Positions 1-15,782 of a stretch of DNA of 64,000 nucleotides are shown here, piece after piece. The stretch lies in assembly GCF_009914755.1 (NCBI RefSeq), contig NC_060935.1; one strand, given 5' to 3'. Origin of the DNA: the human T2T-CHM13v2.0 reference genome, Homo sapiens. The notes under the pieces are model-generated. The model did no database searches. It saw only the letters and a program-made list of their open reading frames with translations, and was not told the origin of the DNA. Position 1 is the first letter of the stretch, and each line of letters opens with the position of its first letter. The position numbers and the translations under genes are program-made.

Positions 1-207
1 AAGCATCCCATACTCCAGCCAAAATTAACTCCCTCCTGTTTCTAATATTTGCCTTCCCCTCCCCTGCGTGTGCCTCATCCTAACACTATTCCCTACCTGG
101 GAGTCCCTTGCACATTTTTCTGACTCTGCCTGGTTCCTCTACAGCTATTCCTACTTGGTGTCACCTACAGATTCAAACCACCCAATTTCCCCAGACAGAA
201 CCTAAAA

Positions 208-405
208 CAGGGGTCAGAAAACCACAGACTGCCTGTTCTTGTAAATAAAGAATACAGTAATGCCCATTCATTTCCATATTGTCTATGGCTGCCTTCTGCT
301 TTTCTGCTACAATGGTAGAGCTAAGTAGTTGTAACAGAGACTGTATGACCCACAAAGCCTAAAATATTTACTATCTAGCCTTGTGCAGAAAGTTTATGAC
401 ATCTG
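208..405. mobile_element. MER58A-like hAT-Charlie non-autonomous DNA transposon
   Basis: CAGGGGTC..CTG termini, internal 'gtaaataaag..ttgtctatggctgc..agtagttgtaacagagac..aaagcctaaaatatttactatct' typical of MER58A; degenerate 8-bp TSD acctaaaa/gcctaaag. Confidence 0.75.
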
Positions 406-3026
406 GCCTAAAGCAACAGCTCCTTAAATTGTGCTAGCCTCACCCTTTGGAGTTTAATTCTGATTACGGGGATTTTGCTTGTTCCAAGCCCACGTCCATC
501 TTTGTGAACTCTAATTCTGATAACTGGGTCACATCTGAGCTGGACCTTCAAGTTTGTGTAGGATGTTTCAAGCAAGAAAAGGCATTTCAGGAGGAAAGAA
601 CATCATAAATGGAGAATTATAGATATGAAAGTGTGAGGTCTCTTTGGAAAGTCTTGTAAGGCTACAACATATAGAGAAATGACAGGAGGTGAGGCTACAG
701 CATTAGTTTGGGACCAGATTATGAAAAGACTTGGAGGCCATGCTAAGTGTCTGTTCTAAACTGCAAGCAATTGGAAGCCTTTAGAGAGCTAGAAGTGTAG
801 TCCCGGAGTCAGAGGGAGTGATCAGGGTCAAAGCTAGAGGATTTGGAAGCATAATCACAGTAGCAATAAGTGAAGTGACGTCAGGAAAAATATCACTGTA
901 GGAAAGAATAGGGAATAAACTGAGGTCAGGCAGATATCCAGGGCCTGTGAGGAAGAGCCAGACAGCCGGCCTGAGCCAAGAGTCAGAATCTGGCTATGAA
1001 AGCCAGGTGACTGGCTGGGGCTGGAGATGGATGCACGATCCACAGCCTTCAGAGCCCATGCTCCTAGGAACCACCTGGCTGTGAAACAGGCTTTCTGTGC
1101 CAAGAAAGTACCCACAGTATAATGCAAAAAGTACAGGTAGGATGAGTCTGGGCTCATTTCATCTGACAGACCCTCACTGACCGAGGTAGCACCTCTGTCT
1201 CTTTTCATCCCAAATCTTAAAGTCAATCCAAAAACTGATGCACTGACACACTCCATGCAAAACCACTGATCCCTTTTCCAGCTGGGCCTGGAGACAGAGA
1301 GTCATTTGGGGAACCAAGGGCAGCATCCTATTCTGGGTCTGTAGTTTCTACTGGCCCTCAAGCCCAGGAAAGCCCTGGACTGTCAGGCAAAGGAGCTGGA
1401 TTTTTTTCCTGGCTCTGCAAGTGACCGATTATGTGGTTTTCAGCAGGATCCTAGCCCTTCCTGGACTCCTGATGCTTCATCTATGCAGGAGGGATTGGAG
1501 ATTAAGGGCCTTCCCTGCCTTTTGGCCTCCACAGCACTCAACCCTAACCACTCCCCCTTAAATCAGAAAGTTCCAGCAGACAAGAGGCCCCTCAAAGATC
1601 CCATCCATCAATCACAGCCATCTCGAGCTCCCTCCCTCAGCAAATCTGTTCTAGCTATAGCCTTCCAAGCAGCACTGGCAGCAGCAAGCACCTCCCCCAA
1701 AACACAGCCTGCCTCCTTTCCATTACCGGGGGAATTGCTCTCCCAGTAATGGGTCCTGTTCTGGGGTGCCAGTGCTATTCCCAGGGCCCTAGAGAGCCAA
1801 TTAAGGCGAGGAAACTGTTCGTGAACTAAAAAGCCACTCCACTGACAGGGCTCCAGGCTCCAGCTTCTGCACCTGCTGCACACCCAGCTCACCAGCCTGC
1901 CCTTCACCTGGGAGACTTGAGTTACTGCCCACAACAGACCCCACAAGGCTGGACACACTGCAGCACCTGGAATGAGCAAAGAGTAGTCACCCACCTCCCA
2001 GGCTCCTACAGCTGAGATCTCACCTCTGGCCTCCCATTCCCACCCAAGACCATTAGAACCCCTGCAGCTGAGCTGCTCATTAAGATAAGTGTCATTTCCC
2101 TCTCTGATTCTAAGGTTGTAGCATCTTGCATCAGTTCCCCCTCTTTGGATATTCCTAAAGTCCCAAGGCCTGCCCACCGAGGGACCGTGATTGCTCCTCC
2201 TTTCAGCATTAGTAGTGTTCGGGGATGCTGTCACTCTTCACTAGCTTCAAGAAGCATCGGGCTATGGTAGTTATTTGGTGTTCTTAAATCTCATTAAGTC
2301 TAGCCCTGAAAGCCAGAAAGGGCTTAGAATTGCCCAGTCAATTAGTGCTAGTGTCCAGGTGAGCTCTAGGGTCTGTGACTTCCAGCTACATCCTCAACTT
2401 TGAAAATGGGAAAAATAAGATACTAAACAAGTAGATTCTGAAATCTGTATCTAAGTATCAAAGTCTTCCAGCCATGATTTGTCTTTTAATTGATTTGAAG
2501 AGAAACAATAAGTAATGTTCCTTTTCCTCACATGGGGAAGGAAATATCCAATCAATTCCCTCTTCCCTTTCCTAAAATGACAAATAAAACCACAGCAACT
2601 CTGAGAACCTTGAAGACAGAGCCAGCATATGGTAAGAGTCAGTTTCAGGGATGTTAGCTCCCTTCAGAGCTTGCTACATTTACTTAAAGTATAATTTTGG
2701 TACTCAGTGGCCAACTTTCCAGACAGAATTTGACCTGGGACCATTCTTAATTAGCCAAAAAAGCAAATAGCCCCAAGTAGATATTCTCATTGGCTGAGAA
2801 AATCCAATTCCAATAGCTAGCATTTGTGTACCCAGCCATCCCACTGCATGGCTAGGCCACTGTATTCTCACCACACTCCTACCTTTGCTCTGGTCCCCAT
2901 CATTAGCTTTTGAAGATCTTGCCCAGCTGGTCTCCTCAGTACCTGAGAGGTGACGCAGACCCATCTTCCTAGTTGCTGGGGAGAATCTCAGCTAGGCTGT
3001 GGCTGTATTAATTAAAGATTTGCACT

Positions 3027-4045
3027 TGATCCAGCAATTCAAATACTGAGTATACAATAGTCCCCCCCTTATTCATGGGGGCTACTTTCCAAGATGCCTG
3101 AAACAGTGGATAGTACCAAACCCTATATATACTATATTTTTCCTATGCATACATACCTATGATAAAGTTTAATTTGTAAATTAGGCACAGTAGGAGATTA
3201 ACAATAACTAATAATAAAATAGAACAACTATAAGAATATACTGTAATAAAAGCAACATGAATGCAGCCTCTACTGTCTCGCTCTCTCTCTCTTCCCCCTG
3301 CCCCCCCACAAAATCTCTTAATATTTTCAGGCTGTGAGTAACTAAAAACTTGAAAAGCAAAACCTTGGATGCGGGGGGAGGGGACTACTGTATTTCCAAA
3401 GAAAATGAAATCAGCATGTCAGAGACATACCTGCACTCCCATGTTCATTGCTGTATTATTCACAATAGCCAGGACAGGGAATCAACCTAAGTGTCTACTG
3501 ATGAATGGATAAAGAAAATGTGATATATATACACAATACTATTCAACCATTAAAAAAAAGGAAAACCTGTCATTTGTGACAACATGGTTGTACTTACAGC
3601 ACATTGTAAGTGAAATAAGCCAGGTACGGAAAGACAAATACTGTATAAGCTCACTCACGTAGAATCTAAAAAAACTGATCTCATAAAAGCGGAGAGTAAA
3701 AGAGCAGCTACCAGGGGCTAGAGTGGTTGGCAGGGGGCAAGGGTAGTTAGGGAGATGTTGGTGAAAGAATACAAAATCCAAGTTAGATAGCAGGAGTCAG
3801 TTCAAGAGATCCATTGTACAGCATGATAAGTATGGTTAATAATATATTGTATTCTTGAAAGATGCCAAGAGAGTAGATGTAAAGTGTTCTCACCACCAAA
3901 ATGATAACTATGTGAGGTGTTGTATATGTTAACTGGCTAGATTTAGTCATTCTGCAACGTATCTATACTTCAAAACATCATGTTGTACACTGTAAATACA
4001 TACAGTTTTACATGTCAGTTAAAAATTTTTTTAATTAAAAAATAT
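3027..4045 (+). mobile_element. Old L1 (L1MA/L1MB-type) 3' fragment interrupted by MER44
   Basis: 'gatccagcaatt..cactcccatgttcattgc..ttcacaatagcc..caacctaagtgtc..gatgaatggataaagaaaatgtg' L1 3' end motifs, A-rich end near 4045. Confidence 0.75.
3055..3390. mobile_element. MER44A-like (Tigger7-derived) MITE
   Basis: TIRs caatagtcccccc / ggggactactg flanked by TA at 3053-3054 and 3391-3392. Confidence 0.75.
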
Positions 4046-5429
4046 TTATATTTGCTGGCTCAGGCTGCAGGATTTGTTCTTTCTTCAAAGATTTTCCATG
4101 GACTCTCCTCATCAGTTTGGTATTCTAAGTGAGCGTGGACTCTCCCCGTGAGCAAAGTGCCACAATGTCGATCGCAAGCTTTGAAGACAGGTGAACCTGA
4201 ATTTGACCTTACCGGGCAGTAGTTGTTAACCTTAGTCTATAAATATCCCAATCCTCATATTTTTCATCTATAAAATGGGAATACTAATACCTACTTTATA
4301 AGGCTGCTGTGAAGTTTACAAAAGATAATGCCTGTACAGTGTCTGCCAACCAGTAAGTGCTTGATAAATGCATTTTGTAACTCCCACTTGAAGAACAAAA
4401 AGGGACAGATCACAAGTGAAAAAAGCCTTCTACCCAGGCTTTATTGATTAAGTCATTTATTCTATAAATATTCACTTAAGACCTCCTCTCCTGTATCATG
4501 TTCTGTGTTGGGCTGCGGGGTTACAAACATGAAAGGCACCGTCTGGTTGAATGAGAAGATGCCTACCTCATGACATCCCCTCAGTTCCAAGCCCCAGAGC
4601 AGGAGTACAGCCCTGGGGAGGCTCTGTTGAAGAATTAGAGTTGAAAACAAGCTGGACAGACCCTGAGCCCAGGCACAGCCCCTCTTCCATTCAACACAGC
4701 AACTGCTCGGCTCTGCCCAGCAAGTAGGAGAAACAGGTTTATAGAAATGAACTCAGCCCCATGTAGCGTGGCTCCATCTGGTTGGAGGCATTGAAGCTAG
4801 GAACTTGTTTATTCCTCAGCCTCTATCCGCCTCCCCTGCCATCCCTCTACCGGCTCCCACATTTTACTTTAAAAAAAAAAAAACAGATTTCTGCCCAGAT
4901 TCACAGAAAGAGGATAAACGTTCCAGAAAGCCTGTGTTCCTACTCTGCTGGACAAACTGACTGCACTAAAAACTCTCTCCAAACATGGCTTCTCAAACTA
5001 CAGACCAGAAATCTAAGTTCAGGTATTAGGTATTTCACTAGGCTAGCCAGAGACAGGTGACAGCTCTGCCTTTCATCAGACAGCTGATTTGGGAGCCATT
5101 CTTTTGACCCTTCAGAAAATATTCAGTGGGCAACTGATATCTGCCAGTCCTAGTACGTGGACAACTTACCTGAGTTATTGATCCTTTGCTTGAACTTTAA
5201 ACAATCTTCTCTTCACTGTATTATTATCACCTGTTTATTTGGCTGTCATTCATTAGACTATGAGCTCTTTGAAGTCAAGGGCTCTGTCTTTTCATCTCTG
5301 TACCCTAAATGCCATACAGCCTGGTACACAGTAGTCAATAAATATCCATGGGGGAGAGACAGACACACAAACCAACAAATACCACACCACATAGGGTCCT
5401 AATAGTTCCAAGTAATAAAGAGGAAGTTA

Positions 5430-5728
<299 letters not shown>

Positions 5729-5808
5729 TCAACTTTTTACCCATAAACGTAAATGTGGAAGGTAACCATGACCCAGCCAGACTGTAAGACCTACTAAAGA
5801 ATATAAGA

Positions 5809-6126
<318 letters not shown>

Positions 6127-6289
6127 ATATAAGATGCCACATATTATACATATTATATGAGAAATTGACTCTCTGGTTCCAAATTAAGCATGTTTCCATC
6201 TAACAGGCTTTTTTCCCCTATTTCACATGTTCTCAAGTTCTAAATAACAGCACTTTTTGTTTTTTTACCTTTCTTACCTTCTTTCTATA

Positions 6290-6520
6290 AACGAGGCATA
6301 GTACAGAAGGCTTTATGTATATGTCCTCATTTCATCTTCACAACAGTCCTATGAGTTAGTAACTACCACCATTAACCCCATTTTACAGGCAAAAAAAACC
6401 TCTTGGGCAGAGAGATGAAGTAACTTGCCTAAATTACACAGCTAGTAATGGCAGGCAGATCAGGAATGACACTCAGATGGCCAAATATACTGACACCAAA
6501 GCTTTTGTTTTTATTCTTCA
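6290..6520. mobile_element. MIR fragment
   Basis: 'ctcatttcatcttcacaacagtcctatgag..ccccattttacag..gaagtaacttgcctaa..cacagctagtaatggcag' MIR core. Confidence 0.65.
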
Positions 6521-6530
6521 TTGCAATTAG

Positions 6531-6875
<345 letters not shown>

Positions 6876-6949
6876 CATTAATATGAATTTAATGTTCTCC
6901 TTTTAGAGTCAAACACAGCCTTGACACATGCATAATTCATTCACATTAA

Positions 6950-7293
6950 AAACCTTAAATGAGATCAAAGACCTGAACTTAAGAGCTAAAACTATAAAAC
7001 TCCTAGAAGAAAACAGAGGGGAAAATATTTATGACATTGGATTTGGCAATGATTTCTTGAATGTGACACCAAAAGCACAGACAACAACAACAAAAAACAT
7101 AGATAAGTTGGACTTCATGAAAATTTAAAACTTTGTGCATCCCAGGACACTATCAACAGAATGAAAAAGCAACTCACAGAATGGGAGAAAATATTTGCAA
7201 ATCATATATCTAATAAGAGATTGGTATCCAGAATGTGTAAGGAACTTCTACAGTTCAACACTAACAATGACAACCCCATTAAAAAATGGGCAA
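6950..7293 (+). mobile_element. L1 ORF2-region fragment (L1M-type)
   Basis: Translates to L1 ORF2-like [32 protein letters not shown]. Confidence 0.8.
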
Positions 7294-8075
7294 ACTGAAA
7301 CTCTGTACCCATCAAATAACAACTCACCATTCCCCCAGCCCCTAGAAATCACCTTTCTAGTTTCTATCTCTACGAAGCTGACTACTCTGAACATCTCATG
7401 TAACCAGAATCATACAGTACTTGCCCTGTTATGACAGGCTTACCTCATTTAGCATAATGTCCTAAAGCTTCATCCATGTTGTAGCATGTGTCAGAACTTC
7501 CTTCCTTATTAAGGCTGAATAATATTCCATTATATGTATATACCACATTTTGTTTATCCATTCATCTGTTGATTAACACTTGGGTTACTTCCACCTTTTG
7601 GCTACTGCAAATAATGCTGCTAGAAACATGGGTGTACAAATATCTCTTCAAGTCCCTACTTTAAATTCTTTTAAGCATATATCCAGAATGGAATTGCTGG
7701 ATCATAGGATAATTTGATTTTCAATTTTCTGAGGAACTGCCATATTTTCCACAGCAGCCACACTGTATTATATTCCCTCCAACAGTGCACAAATATTCCA
7801 ATTTCTCTACATTCTTGTCAACATTTATTATTTTCTGGGATTTTTTTGGTTTGTTTGATAGCCATCCTAATGTACTTGAGGTGGTTTCTCATCATGGTTT
7901 TGATTTGCATTTCCCTAGTGATTAGTGATGTTGAGCATTTTTTCTTGGGCTTATTGGTTATTTGTACTTCATCTTTGGAGAAATGTATATTCAAGTCTTT
8001 TGCCCATTTTAAAATCAGGTTTTTTTTTTTATTGTTGAGTTGTAGGAGTTCTTTATATATTCTAGATATTAACCC
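7294..8075 (-). mobile_element. L1 (L1MB-type) 3' fragment, antisense
   Basis: Reverse-complement L1 motifs 'taaggctgaataatattccatt..ataccacattttgtttatccattcatctg..ttttgatttgcatttccct'. Confidence 0.8.
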
Positions 8076-8097
8076 AACAATGCTGGAACTTTTTTTT

Positions 8098-8845
<748 letters not shown>

Positions 8846-9116
8846 GTGATGAAGGGCACCATCATCAAAGCTGACAAAAGGTGCCACCACTGCTGCAGAG
8901 GCCCAATATCATTTGGTCCAAAGCATAGACTGCCTTATGTTGATGCATTGAGACTGCCATCTCCTATTGCTGCTAATACCAACAGTGCTATTTACCATTA
9001 CTGAAGAATTACGGTAAAGTCACAGGCACCATCCTTCATACTGTCAATACTGCTGAAATCAATGGTAATACCTTGCATCCTCATTGTCCAACATGATTTT
9101 AATAAAACTCCTTTAG

Positions 9117-9432
<316 letters not shown>

Positions 9433-9610
9433 TCACAACCCCTAGTGGCAGCCACCTATCACTCAGGCCTCAGGTCTGTCCAAGGGCTGTGGGGCCAGGG
9501 TCAGAGATTGTTAAGCAACACTGCATTAAGCCTGAGGGACTAACAGTAATCAGCCCTCTCCTCTGCCCTTAGGCACTGGAATTGAACCAAACCTGACCAT
9601 CTCATTTATT

Positions 9611-10212
<602 letters not shown>

Positions 10213-10622
10213 TAATGCTGGAACTTTCAAGATATATTTATGATTCACCATATTTATAAATTTAACTCACTGGATTTTCAAGAGTTCTTTAAGTAATCAG
10301 GAATGCCTATTTGCTAGATAATTGGAGTACTTACAAAGAAAATAAATTACATTTTATTTTATAAAAGCCAATATTAACAAAATTTGTAACTAAGTTTGCA
10401 TATTAATCAAAGGCCCTTTAAATGGCATTGTTAAAATTTATGCCACTTATAAAGACAGTAAGATTTGTTAATTAAAATTAAGATTAAGGAAAAACTAAGT
10501 TTATGTTTAAAAATCATATATTAATGTAAAAAAATCAAAATAGATCGTATCTTTCCTGTACTCCAAACTCTCAGCAGACTCTGAGAGGCAAGGTAGCTTG
10601 CCCATGGGTTCAGAGGGCTTAA

Positions 10623-10802
10623 ATATGTAGATAATCCAGACTATAGTTTTTAAAACTCTATTATCACAATGAAACACTAATTTTAAAAAATTATTGGACA
10701 GGACTCATGAAAATATGTGTGTGGACCTCAGCTTGAGAACATTTCACTAATTAAGAGTGTGGGCCGGGTGCAACGGCTCACGCCTGTAATCCCAGCACTT
10801 TG
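10623..10802. repeat. Inverted duplicate (copy A) of 12941-13120
   Basis: Manual ungapped alignment to the reverse complement of 12941-13120: 169/180 identical. Confidence 0.95.
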
Positions 10803-11540
10803 AAGTCCCCATTTTTAACCAGTGCTATAATGCCTCACAGAGAGCCTAGATTTGTGCTTCAAATCACTTGGGAAATACTGCAGAGAACAAAACAAACAGA
10901 AAAGATCAACAACGGTATTTCTAAGTGTTGCCAACTTATTTGACTTTCTCACTGCATAATTTCATTCAATGGATATTCACTGTACCTCTGTGACATGTCC
11001 TGTGCTAGAATAATAAAATGAAGTGACCCGGTTCCCGTCTCCAGTGACTGCACAGTTCCCAGTGAGACCGTTTCCTAGGAAACCTGACATTCTGGAGGAA
11101 GACACAGGCTCCTCCCTGCTGGGCAGCAGCTTAAATACTGAATAGTTCACTAGTCAGTGTGATTCTATTCAAAATCTGTTCCTGACTAACCCTAGGAGGC
11201 CAGCCATTCTCTCTCTGCCTTGGAGATTTAGTGAGTCAGAACACATCCTCTCCGTCTGGGGAGGCAGCCAAACTTTGAATCAAAACCTTTCCAGGCTTCT
11301 TAGTCTGCCACCAATTTAAGGAAATCCCAAACATGAAAAGTTCCAGCTTACAAAACAGATATATTAGGCATCAAGAGGATTCACTCTGTCTCACAGATTC
11401 CCCCAAAGATTGCTTTCAGCAATGAGTGTCCCTTGGGCATTTAAATTCTGATTCTTTCTACACCCAAAATTCAGTTCCTATGAAACAGGAAGAGACCTGT
11501 TATGTAGTGGGAGGTGAACTTGTGGTGCCTTTGTACTTAC

Positions 11541-11853
11541 CATCTGCAACAGTCTCATGAGCCTTGGCAATCTGCCCTAGCTCCTGTATCAAGCCCTGGA
11601 AGCAGTCCTTACGGAGCAAATGCTGGCAGGATAGGAGATGAGAGCCCATACCTGGCAGGTCCTGATGGCACAATGAGCAGGTCATTACCATGGCCTCCAT
11701 CTGTCCACTCTTAGGGCAGTGTTTCTGGCCAGCTAGTGGCAGCCCCATAAAGCTCATGCCCATGTCCACAGCCATGCCTGTGCCCAGGACTGGGGCTTTT
11801 CCACTGATATCCTCAGGTGAGAAGCAGCGTGTAGAGCGAGCCAGCTCCACTCC
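11541..11853 (-). CDS. TRIM66: TRIM66 (TIF1-delta) second coding exon, N-terminal region with degenerate RING
   Basis: Acceptor CTTACAG|GGA at 11853, donor GATG|GTAAGT at 11541; 313 nt encoding GVELARSTRCFSPEDISG..CSLCHQ..CQHLLRKDC..AHETVAD; in frame with the upstream exon; recognised as the TRIM66 long-isoform N-terminus. Confidence 0.9.
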
Positions 11854-12002
11854 CTGTAAGTGAAGCACAAAGCAGAGTGATCTACTTATTTTGAGCAGAA
11901 AAAAATCTTAGGCCAGAGGGGCCTTCGAGAACAAGGCCTCAAAAGTCCAGGCCATGTTCCTCTCCAGAGCTGGAGGCTCATGCCTCAGCCTCAGTTCCTC
12001 AC

Positions 12003-12029
12003 CTGGGACCAAAAAGAGAGTCTAGCCAT
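12003..12029 (-). CDS. TRIM66: TRIM66 first coding exon (MARLSFWSQ); whole exon probably 12003-12140
   Basis: ATG at 12029-12027 (GAGATGG), donor CAG|GTGAGG at 12003; upstream acceptor TTTTCTTCCTTTTTCC..CTTAG| at 12140. Confidence 0.85.
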
Positions 12030-12375
12030 CTCTGCCGTGGAAAACAAAGCGTGGAGGTGTCTGCTGTTTGTCTGAAGGCGAACAAACCCTTCAAAAGTGT
12101 CCCGTACCTGTGCCTCTCCTTATTGGTAGACAAGCTTGACCTAAGTTTCAATTTTGGAAAAAGGAAGAAAATTGCATTATTGACAAGTTTATGACAGGCA
12201 CTTTACATACTGTATTTCAAAGGGGTTGAGACACTTTTACAAATTAAATAAAACCAAGAGGGACAGGCTGAGGAAACAGTGTTAGAGAGGCTGGGTCACG
12301 CACAAAGACAGATGGCAAATGGCAGAGTCCAAATTCAAATCCAGGTCAGTCTTCTGATTCTGGACTCCAGTCTCT

Positions 12376-12981
<606 letters not shown>

Positions 12982-13958
12982 CACACTCTTAATTAGTGAA
13001 ATGTTCTTAAGCTGAGGTCCACACACATATTTTCATGAGTTCTGTCCACTAATTTTTTAAAATTAGTGTTTCATTGTGATAATAAAGTTTTAAAAAGTAT
13101 AGTCTGGATTATCTACATATCTACCACAATATGATTTTGGGGGTAGTGTTAAGAGTCTAGGATTTAGTACACACTAGGCAGTATTACTTGTCTCAGGTTA
13201 ATGAGCTGAGAGAGGGGCAGACTTAATACACAAATAATGTATTCTTGCCACTTGAAGTCTAAACAACATTGTGGCACAAAATGATGCATGTTTTACAGTA
13301 CTTGGAACAGAGAAAGGAAGTGGGAAAACTGAGCCATCATCATTGTGGCATATGTTTGCTGAACTTAGCTACAAGAGTGAGCACCACATTTAAGTCATAA
13401 TGATAGTTTAGTTTAGAAAAACATCACATACATGTGAAATTAATATTATTAATTTGATGGCTTTGTAGTTTTTTACAATTTGTAAACTATATTCAGTTTT
13501 ATAGTTGTATAACAGCTAAAAGCCAAAGGAAGTTGTAGCTAGTTTTATATTTGTACTTATTTAAGAAACAAAATACAAATCATTTAATTCAAATCTGGGT
13601 CTTGGTAATTATGCAAGTTTGAGAAAAATTTCACTCCAGTCTGAAGTCTTTAGGAGCCAAGCCTTCAGGAAGGAGGAAGGGTGATGGGGCTGGGAGAGGC
13701 CAGGCTGCCTGGGGTCCAGAAAGATGCCACTACATAAAGCTATAGATAGACCTGCACTTCTAATTCCTTCTGGGCATTATTTAGCAGAAAACAGCCATAG
13801 CAGCAGCATGATTAGAGACGAGGACAGTCTCTATTAGAAGGTTCAAGCATGCCTGAGTTTATTTCACTGGGCCAGTAGTTCTCAAACTTTTTGGTCTTGG
13901 GAATCCCTTTACATATGTTTACTCATTGAAGACCCCAAAGAGAGTTCATTTATGTGAA

Positions 13959-14040
13959 CTATTGCTATTTACCACACTAGAAGTTAAAGCTGAGAAAATC
14001 TATTGCTATTTACCACATTAGAAGTTAAAGCTGAGAAAAT
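13959..14040. repeat. 41-bp tandem duplication
   Basis: ctattgctatttaccaca(c/t)tagaagttaaagctgagaaaat x2, one mismatch. Confidence 0.95.
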
Positions 14041-14133
14041 TTTAAAACATTAATTTTCATAAAATAATAAACTTGTTATATGTTAACACGAATAACATAC
14101 TTTTTGGAAAAAATAACTATTTCCTTTTTTCCA

Positions 14134-14439
14134 TTTATTTATTTATTTATTTTTTGAGACAGGGTCTTGCTCTGTTGCCTAGGCTGGAGGGCAGTCGTGC
14201 GAAGTTCACTGCAGCCTCAAACTTCTGAGCTCAACCAAACTTCTTGCTTCAGCCTCCTAGGCAGCTAGCACTATAGGCATGTGCCACCACACCCGACTAT
14301 TTTATTTTCATTTTTATTTTTGTAGAGACCAGGTCTTGCTATGTAGCCCAAGCTGGTCTCAAATTCCTGGACTCAAGCGATCCTCCATTTTGGCCGCCCG
14401 AAGTGCTGGGATTATAGGCGTGAGCCACTGCACCCAGCC
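14134..14439 (-). mobile_element. Alu (J-like)
   Basis: Diverged antisense Alu. Confidence 0.9.
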
Positions 14440-14559
14440 TAAAAAAAAAAAATCAACTACTTTCAAAAAAATTAATTTAATGAGAAGAGTCACATTGTTT
14501 CTCATATGTGCCAAACCCTTTAACATCTGGCTTAATAAAAGACGGCTGGACTCCCATAC

Positions 14560-14637
14560 CTGTTTCTGCAGTCAATCTGTTATATGTTGTTTTGTTCACA
14601 GTATATGAGGAAAATCCAGTCTCACACAGACATACAG
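14560..14637 (-). other. TRIM66: Candidate TRIM66 5'UTR exon within the Charlie element
   Basis: Acceptor CCTATCTTTTCCAG| at 14637 and donor CAG|GTATGG at 14560; splice signals only. Confidence 0.5.
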
Positions 14638-15119
14638 CTGGAAAAGATAGGAGTACTTTAATAGCCTTATCAGGTAATTGTGGATATTCTTTGATACCAC
14701 ACCAAAATTCAACAGTGGTAGTAGTTTCTTAAATGTTATTTATAAGGTAGACTCTGAACCAAACTTTTCTTATTCTGTTATATTAAAATCTGCTGATCTT
14801 GCTCTTTGAACTAGTCTTTTCCCCAGGCACAGTTTTTTAACACCAAGCATTGGTCATTTGGAAAATACCAGTTCAATGACTTATGCAGATGTTCCAAATA
14901 TCGACACATTTCATTACACAATAACAAAAAATCACATTCTTTAGAATCACCTCGAATCTCATCAGAAAATTCTTTTAAGCATTGAGAAGCTGCCAAATTC
15001 ATGGAGGCAGCAAAAACTACCAGAATTCTAACTTTTGCTTGAACGCTTGAATTTTATCATTGGCAACAAATACTGTCAATTCACTTTTGAGAAAATATCG
15101 GACAAATTCCCAAGCCTGA

Positions 15120-15435
<316 letters not shown>

Positions 15436-15471
15436 TGCCAGTTGTCCTTTCGTGTAATACTGATGTTTCAC

Positions 15472-15782
<311 letters not shown>

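Noticed and set aside
1608-2234. 208-aa minus-strand ORF in the TRIM66 intron
   Set aside because: Non-ATG start, no recognisable domain and no splice-consistent link to TRIM66; expected by chance in GC-rich DNA.
12995-13640. Possible TIR pair gtgaaatgttcttaagct / agtttgagaaaaatttcac suggesting another old hAT element
   Set aside because: The match is short and degenerate, and I cannot assign a family or TSD without a Dfam search.
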